From Choristocarpus tenellus KU-1152 (taxonomy: Eukaryota; Protista; Phaeophyceae), in NCBI GenBank assembly GCA_964200185.2, contig CAXNAD020000021.1, positions 1 to 46,215 on the forward strand: 46,215 nucleotides of DNA, written 5' to 3'. Below the pieces are notes generated by a model that saw only the letters and a program-made list of their open reading frames with translations, did not search any database and was not told where the DNA came from. This document shows positions 12,101 to 22,300 of the stretch, piece after piece. The stretch's first letter is position 1, and the number at the start of each line of letters is the position of its first letter. The position numbers and the translations under genes were made by a program.

Positions 12101-15100
12101 AGAGGCCCACCTTACGGACAACCATACCGTTGCTGCAGCCTGTGTGACAAGTCTCATCCTAAAAATTTCGACTCAAGGTCAGTTGGTTTATGGAGGTGGA
12201 GGAGGCACTGTTGATCCGCTGACTTGTCACTGAATCCAGGACTCAAGACATCAAAGATCTTGCTCTCAGACTGAAGGACACTTCACCCAAGTCTCATGTG
12301 GTCATTGTCGTGTTCCGTGCGTCCTCTCGCCTGTAGGTATCTTCTATTCACAATCTCAATACTACTGCTGAGAGAGAAATATTTTCAATTTTCAACTGAT
12401 CTCTTGACTTGGTTAGTATAACACTTTAAGAATTTCTAGGTCAAAAGTATTAGGCGTTCCAGAGCACAGGTAGAGACATCTCTGGATGAGATAGCGACTA
12501 ATGAAGTGTGCAATACTTGGCAAGGAGGTTTGGGAGGGCTGTTAGCCACGCCTGCAACAGATTTTGTGAGCCACATTAGAAGTATGCATGTCAGGATATG
12601 CCATGCATCATTAGGTGGAGGTCAGACTCTGGATCAGATGGGGTCTGACAGACTCCTGGGAGTATTTTCTCATTTCTAGATCGCATAAACTGTGCTAGAG
12701 TGGAAGGAGTCAAAGTGAACAAGAGGTACCCATTTTATTGACCTTTTGGCACCCTAAGCTAGTTGTTCAATCTCTTGCAATTCACTCATATTTCTATGTA
12801 TGAAGTTCTAAGTGTGACTTGAGAGGGATGATTTCTCCAATGTTTTTGGAAACTTTTGATACAATTCTGCAAATATTTACCGGCATCCTCAAGATGGAAC
12901 TCTGGGTATCCCGCATTTACTATGACTCAAGGACAGCTGAATAATCTGGTTCTTCATGCAGGAAACATTATATCAACTGTTCTTTTGGAGACCATCTTTC
13001 TTAGGCAACACACTTGTTGTTGCATTCAACTCTTTCTGTATTAGCTTTGAGTCGAAGTTAACGAGAGGTACACAAAGTTGTATTTTTGTGATGCCGGCAA
13101 GATTGCACAAAATTCAGGATTTTTTACAAATGCATATAGCATATTTTCCAAATCGTGTCAACTTTTTTTTTCAAGCAATAGAGAAAGTAACCTTCTCAAG
13201 TCAAACTTCAGACTTCATCTATAGATATATGAGTGAATTATAAAGATTGAACAACTGACTTATAATGAATGCGTAACACCCCAAAAAATGGGTGCCGCTC
13301 ATTTTCTGTACTTATTGATAGGAATACAATAGGACTGTCTATCATAGCAGATGGTTTATCTAGACATTAAGTTAGGAGAGAGGCAGTACTTGATTCTCAG
13401 TTGAAAGTGTGACAACAGGATGGGAATGTCACATTTCTAGACTGAGCCACCATTCATTGATGAGGCCTCAGCCTACTCTAAAGTGTAAATATCTGTATCC
13501 AAGACTCAAGTACTCTAGATTGAGCTCTGGGATCCACAATTGTCTTTTTGGGAAGAAATTCAATTTTTCAAAACTCTTCACTGCTCTTGAGAACCCACTC
13601 TTCAAACTGCATGAGTGATTAGTGCTATACCACATTGAATACATCGAATTCCTACCTCCCGATTTAGATAAAGATGATCTGGCACTTGGTGTACAAAACA
13701 ACGAGCTATTGTGCTCGAATGCACTTCTGACTGGGTCTGGATCACATGATATCAATCACAGGCGAACACTTGCCTGCTTGCACCCAGAGAGATCTAGCTC
13801 TTGCATATTGGGGCAGCACTCTCCCAACACAGCAAGTCCTGGACCCTCAATGCCAATGCACCCCCTTAGGCTCAGTTTGGTGATCCCAGTGCAGTTTTTG
13901 GCAAGAGACCCTAGATACCAAGCAGCGGTGGGAGAAGGTCTTCATCAGAGATCAAGGTGCACAGGTATTTGTAGTTATCAAGGAAATATTTTGCAAGCTT
14001 TAACTCCAAGGAATAGGTGAAGACTTGCAAATGACAAATTTAAACTCTCTACAAGATGGGCTACAGTTGATTTGTGCATCTGCTCTTCCTGTGGATTCTC
14101 TTCTTTCATCTGGAGGAAACGTTACCCCCCAACACACAGAAGTTCAATACTTAGCTAAGCTGGAAATATTTCGATCTCAGGAGTCTCATTTCGACATCAT
14201 TTTGCTTCAGAATTTATTTGCTGTGGTCACAAAAATAGAGTATTAACCACCTAATGCACCACTTAGGGTTAGGGTTAGAAAAGAGTAAAGTAAATCCTCT
14301 GTCCAAAACTGGTAGAATCGAGAAATATCATCAACCCATCTCTCCACCATGAAGTCAATCCCATGACATTTCCTGGATGATGTCCCCCAGAATAAGAACC
14401 AAGTCATAATTATTTTTGTCCATACTAATCATCATATATGGTGTGCAATCTTTCTATTTGGCACATCTATTACTTCCTCTGGTACAACTCTGAATATACT
14501 AATCACTATAGCTGGATTTTTGAAGGATGTTCTCTAAGACATCATTGACAACCCTAGTCTACCTCCTGGGCATGTACAGTTATGGATATTGCACCTCTCT
14601 CACATTTTTTTCCATTTCCTTCATATGCACAGCAACTGCATGGTACAGTACTTTTAAGAAGACAGGATACAACTATACAACTGTTGACAATCAAAGTCAG
14701 AACCTCTTTTCCCAAACTTCTCACAGATAGAAATATCTGTGACTTGAGTTGCCCCAGTCAAGTCCAGACTTCCTAACATCCGGCATTGCTCAGTCAGGGC
14801 TCCTATACCAGCATCGCTGAGGTTGATAGCCCCAGACAGGTTCAGCGAACGTAGGCCCTCCTCCTCAGCAAAATGCTCCTGGAAAAACCAAAAATGATGG
14901 TTAGTATCTTGGAGGGAAGCATGAGAAAAGTATGTTTACAGTAAGGGAATACTACATACTTGTCTAGGTGAGGGTCAGAGGCAACTCAAGATAGGATAAG
15001 TGAGGGAATTTCAGAAACTGTTTAACTCAGCATTTTCAAAAAAGTTATATACCTAGTAGTAAAAACTTCCTCCAGTATTGCCATGCCTCAAATGAGTCAG

Positions 15101-17360
15101 CACTGGATGGTTGGGTGGGAGAACTGGTACCAGCAGACAAAACGTTTGTAGAGTTGTGATACAAAATATATATACTATGTATTGGTTGCATTACTTTGTT
15201 ATTCTATTGCTTTGTAATTTTGTTCTTGATTGTCTTTGAGGGGATGCAAACCAAGAAATATATATATATATATATATCTTTTGCAAACTAGGTTTGATAT
15301 GATCAATCAATTTTCTATGATTTTTGGGGTGAAAATGTTCAATTCACTGGCTAAAATCTCATTGGGTTGATGCATGCTTGGAAAAACAGTATTGTAAACA
15401 CATACAACAAAGGTTAGGGCATTATCCGTAGGATTCATCTATTTTCCTTTTTGCAATATACTTGGAAACATACACCATACATATTGTATGCTATGTTCTC
15501 TTAGAAAATATTTAATTGCCAGCAAGTTGCAAACCAAACAATTGAAACTCCATTTTTTACGTTCCCTCCATTCCTGCTCCTTGTAAAATCCTCACCTTCT
15601 CCATCTCCACAAGCAAGTCATAACTCAAACCTGTAAACTTAATGACCACGAAACCAACATCACCTCTCACAACATTTGATAAGTATACAGCATTAACTAC
15701 ATCACCATTTCTAACTGTACCACAACACTCAAGTGTCTTATTATTTTATTCCAGAGTAGTAGCAAGCGAGAATCACAAAAAAAAAGTGATGTAGGATCAG
15801 GTCAACATCAATCACCAGTTATTGGCAAGTGCCTCAAGCATATGCTCCACTTGCCAGAATCCTGGTTCCTAATCATGGGGTGTCATCGTGGTCATGTTTG
15901 ATAAATCTATAGTCGTCTCAAAAACCCTAGTGTGTTGGTTGGGACGAAGGGTGTCCAACTGTTCTGTCTGAACCAATTCGGACTTCACCTCTATATAGTT
16001 CATTCACCCACATCATCATTCCCAAGCAGCACGATTTGACATTACCTTAGCAAGCTCAAAAGCTGTGTCTTTCATCTGCGCAATGGTTTGCTTCTCCCTC
16101 CATGCCACCATAGATTTTGCCTCAAAGCGTACTGCCCCAGATAGATCAATATCAGCAACTGCATTTGTCAGTCCCATTTCATTGACATGATCTTGTACCT
16201 AACATGCACTCCGAGTATGACATAGAATGGAAAAGTGAGGAAAAGTGAGAAGAGGTAAGAAGTTGAGCAACAAAAAGGCATCTCTTGGGCGATAAGAATG
16301 TGGAATGCTGAAAATGGTTGATAGATGCAGCAGGCAAAGCTCTTGGATGGGCAGCTCAAGCTTAATCAAGTAGACCAACACTTTACAATATTTTGGTCAT
16401 TGAAAAGCTGTTCTCGGTCCATATTTCTCCGACCTCTATTTGAGGTATTCTCATATGAATCTTGGCTTAGGGGCATGGGTACAGTCTTCTTATTCACCAT
16501 GTCAAACAACCACATTGCAGCCTACGGTTGGTTGTAGTGCGCTTTGCTTGGACCTACGAGTACCACTACATGCACAGCACAGAGTGTTTCGCTTTGATTT
16601 TGTTTTCTGACATGTGAATGTATGGAAGTGTCCTGATAAGGCTGTCAATATGGGGTGTTTGTTATCATGTGCCAAGAAAAAACGCCGTACTATTCTCTTC
16701 ACGGTCTTGTCTGTATGACACACCTGGTCTACACTCCTCTGGCGAGCAAGAGCTTCAACGTTCTCTCTATCCCTTGCTGCTATTATGCGAAGGGTGTTGT
16801 CGGTGACAAGGAGCGACCACATGGCCAAATTTATCTCCTTTGTCCCTGGCAAAGGTTCGCAAACCTCTGCTGGGACCTCCTCGTAAGGAAGGCTTACGCT
16901 CTGCTCGTAGACTTTGATCGCATTCTTGACGTCGGCAGCTGCGCTGGTGTTGTCAGAGACCAATGATCAGACCCTAGATATAACTCACATTAGAAACGTC
17001 ATGAATTGTTGTAAAGGATACATAGATATGTGCTATGTTGTCTTGTTGCATTTACTTCTAGGCATCAACCAGGAGGTCGTACCACCCTGCCATGTTATTT
17101 TTCGTGTCACGCTGGGACTGAGGAATGAGTGATGGCCATTGCTGATGATTTCGCAATATTATCCTGTAAAGGATGACTCACCCAGCAAGGTTAGAAGCCG
17201 AAGTCGTCTCCATTTCCAGCCCTATCCCAGATCTGTTCTCTGCTCCAGGGTCGATACCACAATTTGATCCATCACCACTTCCAGTCGAAAGAGGCTTTGG
17301 TGTCATTTTGGGTTGAACCTTCAAGCTTTGGCCCTTCCACTCTAAACCGCCTACACCCAT
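168..17360 (-). CDS. Cysteine-containing leucine-rich-repeat protein (FBXL/AMN1-like, RNI-like LRR); multi-exon, 3' end lies beyond the left edge
   Basis: Hand-spliced, phase-consistent exons: 17360(or ATG 17306)-17182, 16943-16724, 16198-16046, 15861-15816, 15630-15596, 14878-14725, 13910-13774, 4789-4634, 4363-4256, 3578-3444, 2596-2396, 370-168 (>=575 codons). They give ~26-aa LRR-CC repeats, e.g. CPNMQELDLSGCKQVGHWVLTRIFRG / CPLLEVVMLPNCPKLGDDQLKELADG / CKGLSKLNLKNCKQVSDAGMLELARN / CPLLQWLDISGCDGVNDVGLSWMSLG. The LRR exons are strongly supported. The N-terminal exons are less certain and an extra exon near 16521 is possible. No clear F-box seen. Confidence 0.88.
657..1100 (-). pseudogene. 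Degenerate coding remnant with acidic tail inside an LRR-gene intron; possibly a hAT transposase C-terminus
   Basis: A minus-strand frame reads ..QFRVIHHTHKRITIG..EEEED*..GIEDVEESDEEEREDIDEEVDG..* with internal TGA stops. An 11-bp inverted repeat (GAAACATTGAG / CTCAATGTTTC) lies at 598-655. The family assignment is a weak by-eye resemblance. Confidence 0.25.
5350..6850 (-). mobile_element. Highly degenerate non-LTR retrotransposon (CRE/R2-like ORF C-terminus) remnant
   Basis: Broken minus-strand fragments PLQYLDIF, TILGHRKGEIGIR (cf. LP..GGLG+R), SSPYRHAGLGYL (cf. HAGAWL) and AGHHSL occur in the expected order. By-eye similarity only; boundaries approximate. Confidence 0.3.
7366..7624 (+). 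mobile_element. MITE family A, copy 2 (~260 bp, imperfect ~27-bp TIRs)
   Basis: Starts GAGTCAAAGTATCTTAGGGGGTAGAG and ends CTCGTACCCTCCAAGATACTTTCACT. Internal hairpin CCTACTCC..GGAGTAGG. No TSD visible. Confidence 0.85.
8788..9149. mobile_element. Non-autonomous TIR element related to family A, with different internal sequence and an internal 95-bp tandem duplication
   Basis: Termini GACCCATAGTATCTTAGA / TCTAGGACACTATGGGTC (16/18 inverted match). CCGT(G) is repeated at both junctions (8784-8788 and 9149-9153). Subterminal CCCCAAATGGACAC is shared with family A. Confidence 0.65.
8905..9100. repeat. Tandem duplication, 2 x 95 bp
   Basis: GGTTCAGGCAGGGGATGGAAAAGGAAGGC...GGAAATCACTACA starts at 8905 and again at 9000, with few mismatches. 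Confidence 0.9.
10296..10550 (+). mobile_element. MITE family A, copy 3 (full length, TSD TCTT)
   Basis: GAGTCGAAGTATCTTAGAGGGTAGAG ... CTCGTACCCTCTAGGATACTTTCACTC, flanked by TCTT at 10292-10295 and 10551-10554. Confidence 0.88.
10908..11166 (-). mobile_element. MITE family A, copy 4 (inverted, TSD ATAC)
   Basis: Reverse complement of family A: GAGTGAAAGTATCTTGGAGGGTACGAG ... CTCTACCCTCTAAGATACTTTAGCCC, flanked by ATAC at 10904-10907 and 11167-11170. Confidence 0.88.
12150..13650 (-). mobile_element. Degenerate hAT-like DNA transposon remnant
   Basis: The frameshifted minus-strand segment near 12440-12570 reads LLQAW..PSIAHFISRYL..STCALERL, resembling the hAT C-terminal dimerisation motif (WW..P.LA..A.RYL..ATS..SERLFS). 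Boundaries approximate. Confidence 0.35.
15258..15277. repeat. (AT)n microsatellite
   Basis: ATATATAT run; a similar run is at ~32008-32029. Confidence 0.85.
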
Positions 17361-17616
17361 AATAACACCAAGCACCCCTCCCAATATAGTTTGCTTGAAA
17401 GATAAGGTTCGAGTCCATGAAGAGAGACCCAATTTTTGAACTTCACAATGACCAAGTTGATGTGACGGTTACCAGTACTTCGGTTACCATTTCAAGTTCG
17501 AACCTTTAAGAATTCATGTTTTCCTACCTGTTCCACCTACCTCTACAAACCCCAGAAAACTAACAAGAACCGCGTCATACAAGCGCCTACTGTAGGTATC
17601 CGTTGCTGTCATCATA
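17361..17616. promoter_or_regulatory. Putative bidirectional promoter between the LRR gene (-) and the myristoylated-protein gene (+)
   Basis: Head-to-head start codons only ~260-310 bp apart, in a locally CpG-retaining region. Confidence 0.55.
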
Positions 17617-18330
17617 ATGGGTGCTGGAGCATCAGTGCCCGTGGAAACGGAGATGGACGTCTTCAAAGAGATGCAGAAGAAGTTCGAGGTAAGGGTAGAA
17701 CAGAGGCGTTGGCAGTCACTCCTAAACAGACTTCCAACATATCTGCCTCTTACACACTTCACGTGGAGGTCATTTCCTTGCCTCCTAACGCTCTACATTC
17801 CCCTTACCAAGTTGTTGGCTCGGTGTCTGGCGAGGCTGAGATAGGTTTTCTGGATTGGAAATGATTTTGTCCGGTGTCATTCAGATTTTCAGACTGGCAT
17901 GACGATCAAAGCTGTATCGCTTGAACCAGTACCTACTCTACTCTGATTTCGGGTCACATCTTTCTCCCGCTGCTGATGTATTGATGCGGCATCCCCACTC
18001 ATGATTCTCTGCCCACAGGAGCTAAAGGCAGAGGGCAAGTCTGACGAGGATATATATAGTCAACTGAAGGTCATTTATTCCACCGCAGAAACCAAGGCAG
18101 CAGATTCTTCTGGGAAGGCTTCTGCGGGTGGGATGCTGACTGCCACAGGAGAAGCTGCTCCTCCCTTAGATGTCAACTCTGGCACAGAGGCATCAGCTGA
18201 TCCAGCTATACCCCTGACAATCGAGGCAGAGAAGCCGGTCGAGGGAGAAGTGAATGATATACAAACAGGGCAAGACAATTCTGAGACAGTTGCAAAAAAT
18301 CCACCAGCACAGGTCGAGGCAGCAGCTTAG
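17617..18330 (+). CDS. Small (~127 aa) acidic hypothetical protein with predicted N-myristoylation motif; 2 exons
   Basis: Exon 1 17617-17688 (MGAGASVPVETEMDVFKEMQKKFE, donor GTAAGG, phase 0). Exon 2 18019-18330 (acceptor CCACAG; ELKAEGKSDEDIYSQLK...QVEAAA*). MGxxxS fits the N-myristoyltransferase consensus. Confidence 0.8.
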
Positions 18331-19389
18331 ATTTCTACTCCGGAGTATATTGTTGGACTCGGACTCAAGTTCTCTATGTAAAAGTTGCTGATCGTCAAGC
18401 ATACAAAGGAACATTCTAGAGCATTTCTTGGAATTAGGAATTAGAAACACAACTTTTTCAATAACAAGTACCTGTTGGGAAGAAGTTGCATTGATTTGTA
18501 GTTGAGAGAGAGCGCCGCTGCTTCTTTTGAATCATGGGGCATTTCTGTAGCATCCAAGCATAGAGGTGATGTATTTTGCGTAGTATGTTTCACAGTACTG
18601 TGGAGAGCTTCCAAGTACACATTTACCTGCACAATCCCACTTGTTAGCGAAACTAACCCAATATTCCCTGTATCCTCTGTAGAAAAAGGTATTCTGAAAA
18701 GTATATTGCAATTCTGTGAGTACTTCAAAGTACATTAGGAGATGCTAGTAGAGATCAGTGCATAAATCAACAGGCACAAAGTTCATTCTTTCCAATCAAA
18801 CAGTTTGAGCCTGTTGGGTGGGGTGTATCAAGAATTAGTTCGGCAACACAATTGCGCGATCATTACAGCAAATACTTGAATCAAGGTTTAATCACATGAT
18901 ATCTCAAGAAGGAAGATATATCCTCAGCAAAAAGCAACAAGGTAGAGTATTACCTGTCGACCTCACAGTGCTCCACATAATCATGTCAATCCTTGCTGTC
19001 ATGTTTACAGAGTAACAAAAGAGGTGATATTAAAATTATGTTTCTTATCATTATACCACAACTATTGCCACAAATATTTTTTTAACGAGTATGTATTGTT
19101 GTCACCACTACACAACATGACAGGTACTCACCATGTGCACTGGGACATACACATAATACGATCATATTTGGGACCTGTGCCACTGGAGAAATAGATTGCT
19201 GCAAAAAGCACTAGAGATAGTTCGACACAATTATACTACCAAAAAACAATTCTAAGGGTATCACACTGACTCCATAAACACACAAATACACACAAGCGGG
19301 TTTGCTTAACCGAGCAAGCATCTTGTACATATGGAGCAACTTTCAAGTCCAAATATTCCGTACACGCCTGCCAACCACAAAGGGCTACC

Positions 19390-22300
19390 TCATCTGCACA
19401 CAAAGTCACCAACACCCTCAACCAGGTCTTGAGGTGGCTCTGGGGGGTACCACAGGTCGTCCTCTGTCCACTGTAGACCAGCAACTATCCATGGGTCCCA
19501 TAGAGCCTCAGCAGGTGTTGGTCTGTTGGGAACAAGAAAGCATATGGTAAGGACAATTTGTGACTTCATATGAGGCAACAAACAGGGTTTCATACTAAGT
19601 AAGGATAATGACACAAAGGGCTTCAAATTTTCAAGTAGAAATCTGAGAAAATAGAAACCAGAGAGATTACACAGCTAATATTTTGGACCTCAGAATAAGG
19701 GCAAATTCAATATCTAACGCTTTCACTATACAAAAAACAGAGGTGGGTTTAAGGTTAAGTAAAAGAAAAAAACTTTCCTCCAATCGTGACACACCATCTC
19801 AGCATCTCATTGTCTCTCCATTTCTGCCTCCCAAATTCTCACCAGCAAAGTTTTCCAAAAAACTACACTGTGACAGTTGTGTTTTCAGGGTATGCATTGG
19901 AGACTTTATACTCCTGTCAATGTGTCCTACCGCTGATTTGGATCCAAGGTCAGCATCTTCCCCATGAAGTTAAGGAAGAGGGGGTCTTCCACACCAAGGC
20001 GAAGGCGTAGGCAGGTATGCTTGGGGTACAGCAGCGCAATACGATTCGGTGCGTCTTTCAGGGTATGCATTAGAGGAGTGTCAGGCCCCTCTGGATCCTT
20101 ATCGGGAGAAGATGTGTCCAATGGGGAACCTGGATCTGAATGGGGGGATGTATAGGATGTGAGTATATCAGATGATAAGTACATGCCGTAGTGTGTAGAT
20201 ATGATGGATAGGACAATGCTTCATCTCCCTTATCAAAGAACTAGTGCCAGGTGCAAACCCTGAACACCCCTCTGGCAGGAGGAGCACCAACAAACTGGGG
20301 CCTTGACCTAAACTACTGGCTCCGATAAAGGAGGTGCATCTTAGGCCTAACCTTAATGAGGAAAACGTAGGGGCAATTATAGGTTATATGACGACGAGCG
20401 AGCAAAATCAGAAGGGATGCACATGAATGGTCCTTCTCACTGGACAGTAGTTTGTCATCGTTGCCAAAACTACTACCGGACATACCTTGAGCACTTCTGT
20501 TAGCTACTTTGGAGACATAGCCCATCCAAGTAGGCGTAACTGTTGCCATATAATCTATAATGACTGCATCGTTTTCCCTGCTAAGATTGAGCGTTAGGCT
20601 ACTCCATGGACATAAAAAATACGCAAGCTCTATGGAGCTTCATCCTTGTAGAGAGCATGCGAGATTAATTCAAATATTGGGGTCACCCAAAGAGCAAAGG
20701 TGGCTTGAGATTATATACACAACCAAGAGCAGTAGTTTAGCATGATAACTTTCAATTCCAAGAACAAGGGAGACGCAATCAGACACAGCAACACGGATGT
20801 TAGATGCCTTAATGAAGATACCCACATATGTAGTGCCATTTGAAAGAGGAAATTTGGAATAATCACATTCAATGACCTAATGACAAGTGTCACAACCCTG
20901 CATAAATATAATTTTCGAAGAATGTACAGTTTATGTCCTCTGTTGCTAAGGGACTTTAGCGGCGTGCCACATAAAATACAATACCCACAGTCAATAATAC
21001 AATACCATATGAGGTTCACCATGGTAGGAGGACATCCATATAGAATTATACTAGGCCCTCACCGGCACAACCTCCATCTATTGTTTGGAAGACAATGCCG
21101 TTGGGAGTGAAATACTTGGATACATCCCGACCTTGCTCCAGCATGGATGCTGGGAACGGTCCAAAAATCCCCTGCATTCGTGCAAGCATGGTCTGCAATA
21201 GACATAGCAGATGGAATTAACGTTAGTGTTGTTTTCCATCCCAAATACAGCTCAAATATGGAATACAGGAGAACTCAACTAAAAACATCATATACAGCAG
21301 GAACAGAGGTTGGGTTATCAATCGCCCCGTAGTGTCCAGTGTATGACTACATCACACAGCGCAAAAACTAAAACCAATTCATAGGACCAGCGCAGGATAA
21401 CGTTGACAGGACAGCACCCTTTTCCATCCCAAATCCAGGGGCAGTTGACATACTCCTGGCTACCCCCTACGCAACCCTTACGAGGCAGAGGTGGATAATC
21501 GTGTGACCCTAACCCTAAGATAGTAACCTTGTGACCCTAACCCTAAGATAATAACCTTGTGACCCTAACCCTAAGATAATAACCTTGTGACCATAACTAA
21601 AGATAATAACCTTGTGACCATAACTAAGGTTAGGCACCCCTCCTTTTCAACCAAGGTAGGCAAATTTATCACAACTGTGTGTAGGATACAAAACTCCTTC
21701 TGCACTTCCATGAGCACGCACACCCATGTGAGACAATCAAGAGGGGAAGTAGTGTCACAAAAATACTCTAGAGCAAAATCAGCCATCATCGTATTCAACA
21801 GTGAGGAGGTACGTAAGTGCTCACCTATTGCCCCCTCTTTCGATGTCCATATACAAGACAATGTGAAACACAGCTACCAGGCATAGCGGGAACTCTGAAG
21901 TAAACTTGCAATGAACTGTGAATAATAAATCACACTATAACAGAACTTAACTAAGAAGAGAGGATATCAACTTCCAAGCCAACTTTCTACATTCTCAAGG
22001 CAACTAACATGAACAAACACGTATATATTCAAAGTACCTCCTCAACGTCAATCCCCTCCCCCAACACCACAGATACCTGGACTTGGAATATCATCATATG
22101 AATCCATGAGTGATACTATTGATACTGCACATGCAAAACAAGATGCTGACTAAGGGCAACATTGATATACCGGCACCAACCACTACCCTGACCCTAACCC
22201 TAGCCCTACCTGTACCGAGTTGCTCTGAAGCAATACATAGCCTGTTGCTAGCTCAGCCAACACAGCCCCCAAGGACCACTGCAAGGGTTGGGAAGAGACA

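Noticed and set aside
14896-14916. AGTATCTTGGAGGG (TIR-core match) overlapping a TACTAAC branch-point motif, suggesting a TE-donated splice signal
   Set aside because: Only a ~14-bp match with no other element sequence nearby; could be chance.
21503-21634. CRISPR-like 28-bp repeats or a true telomere
   Set aside because: No unique spacers, and the array is internal to an intron.
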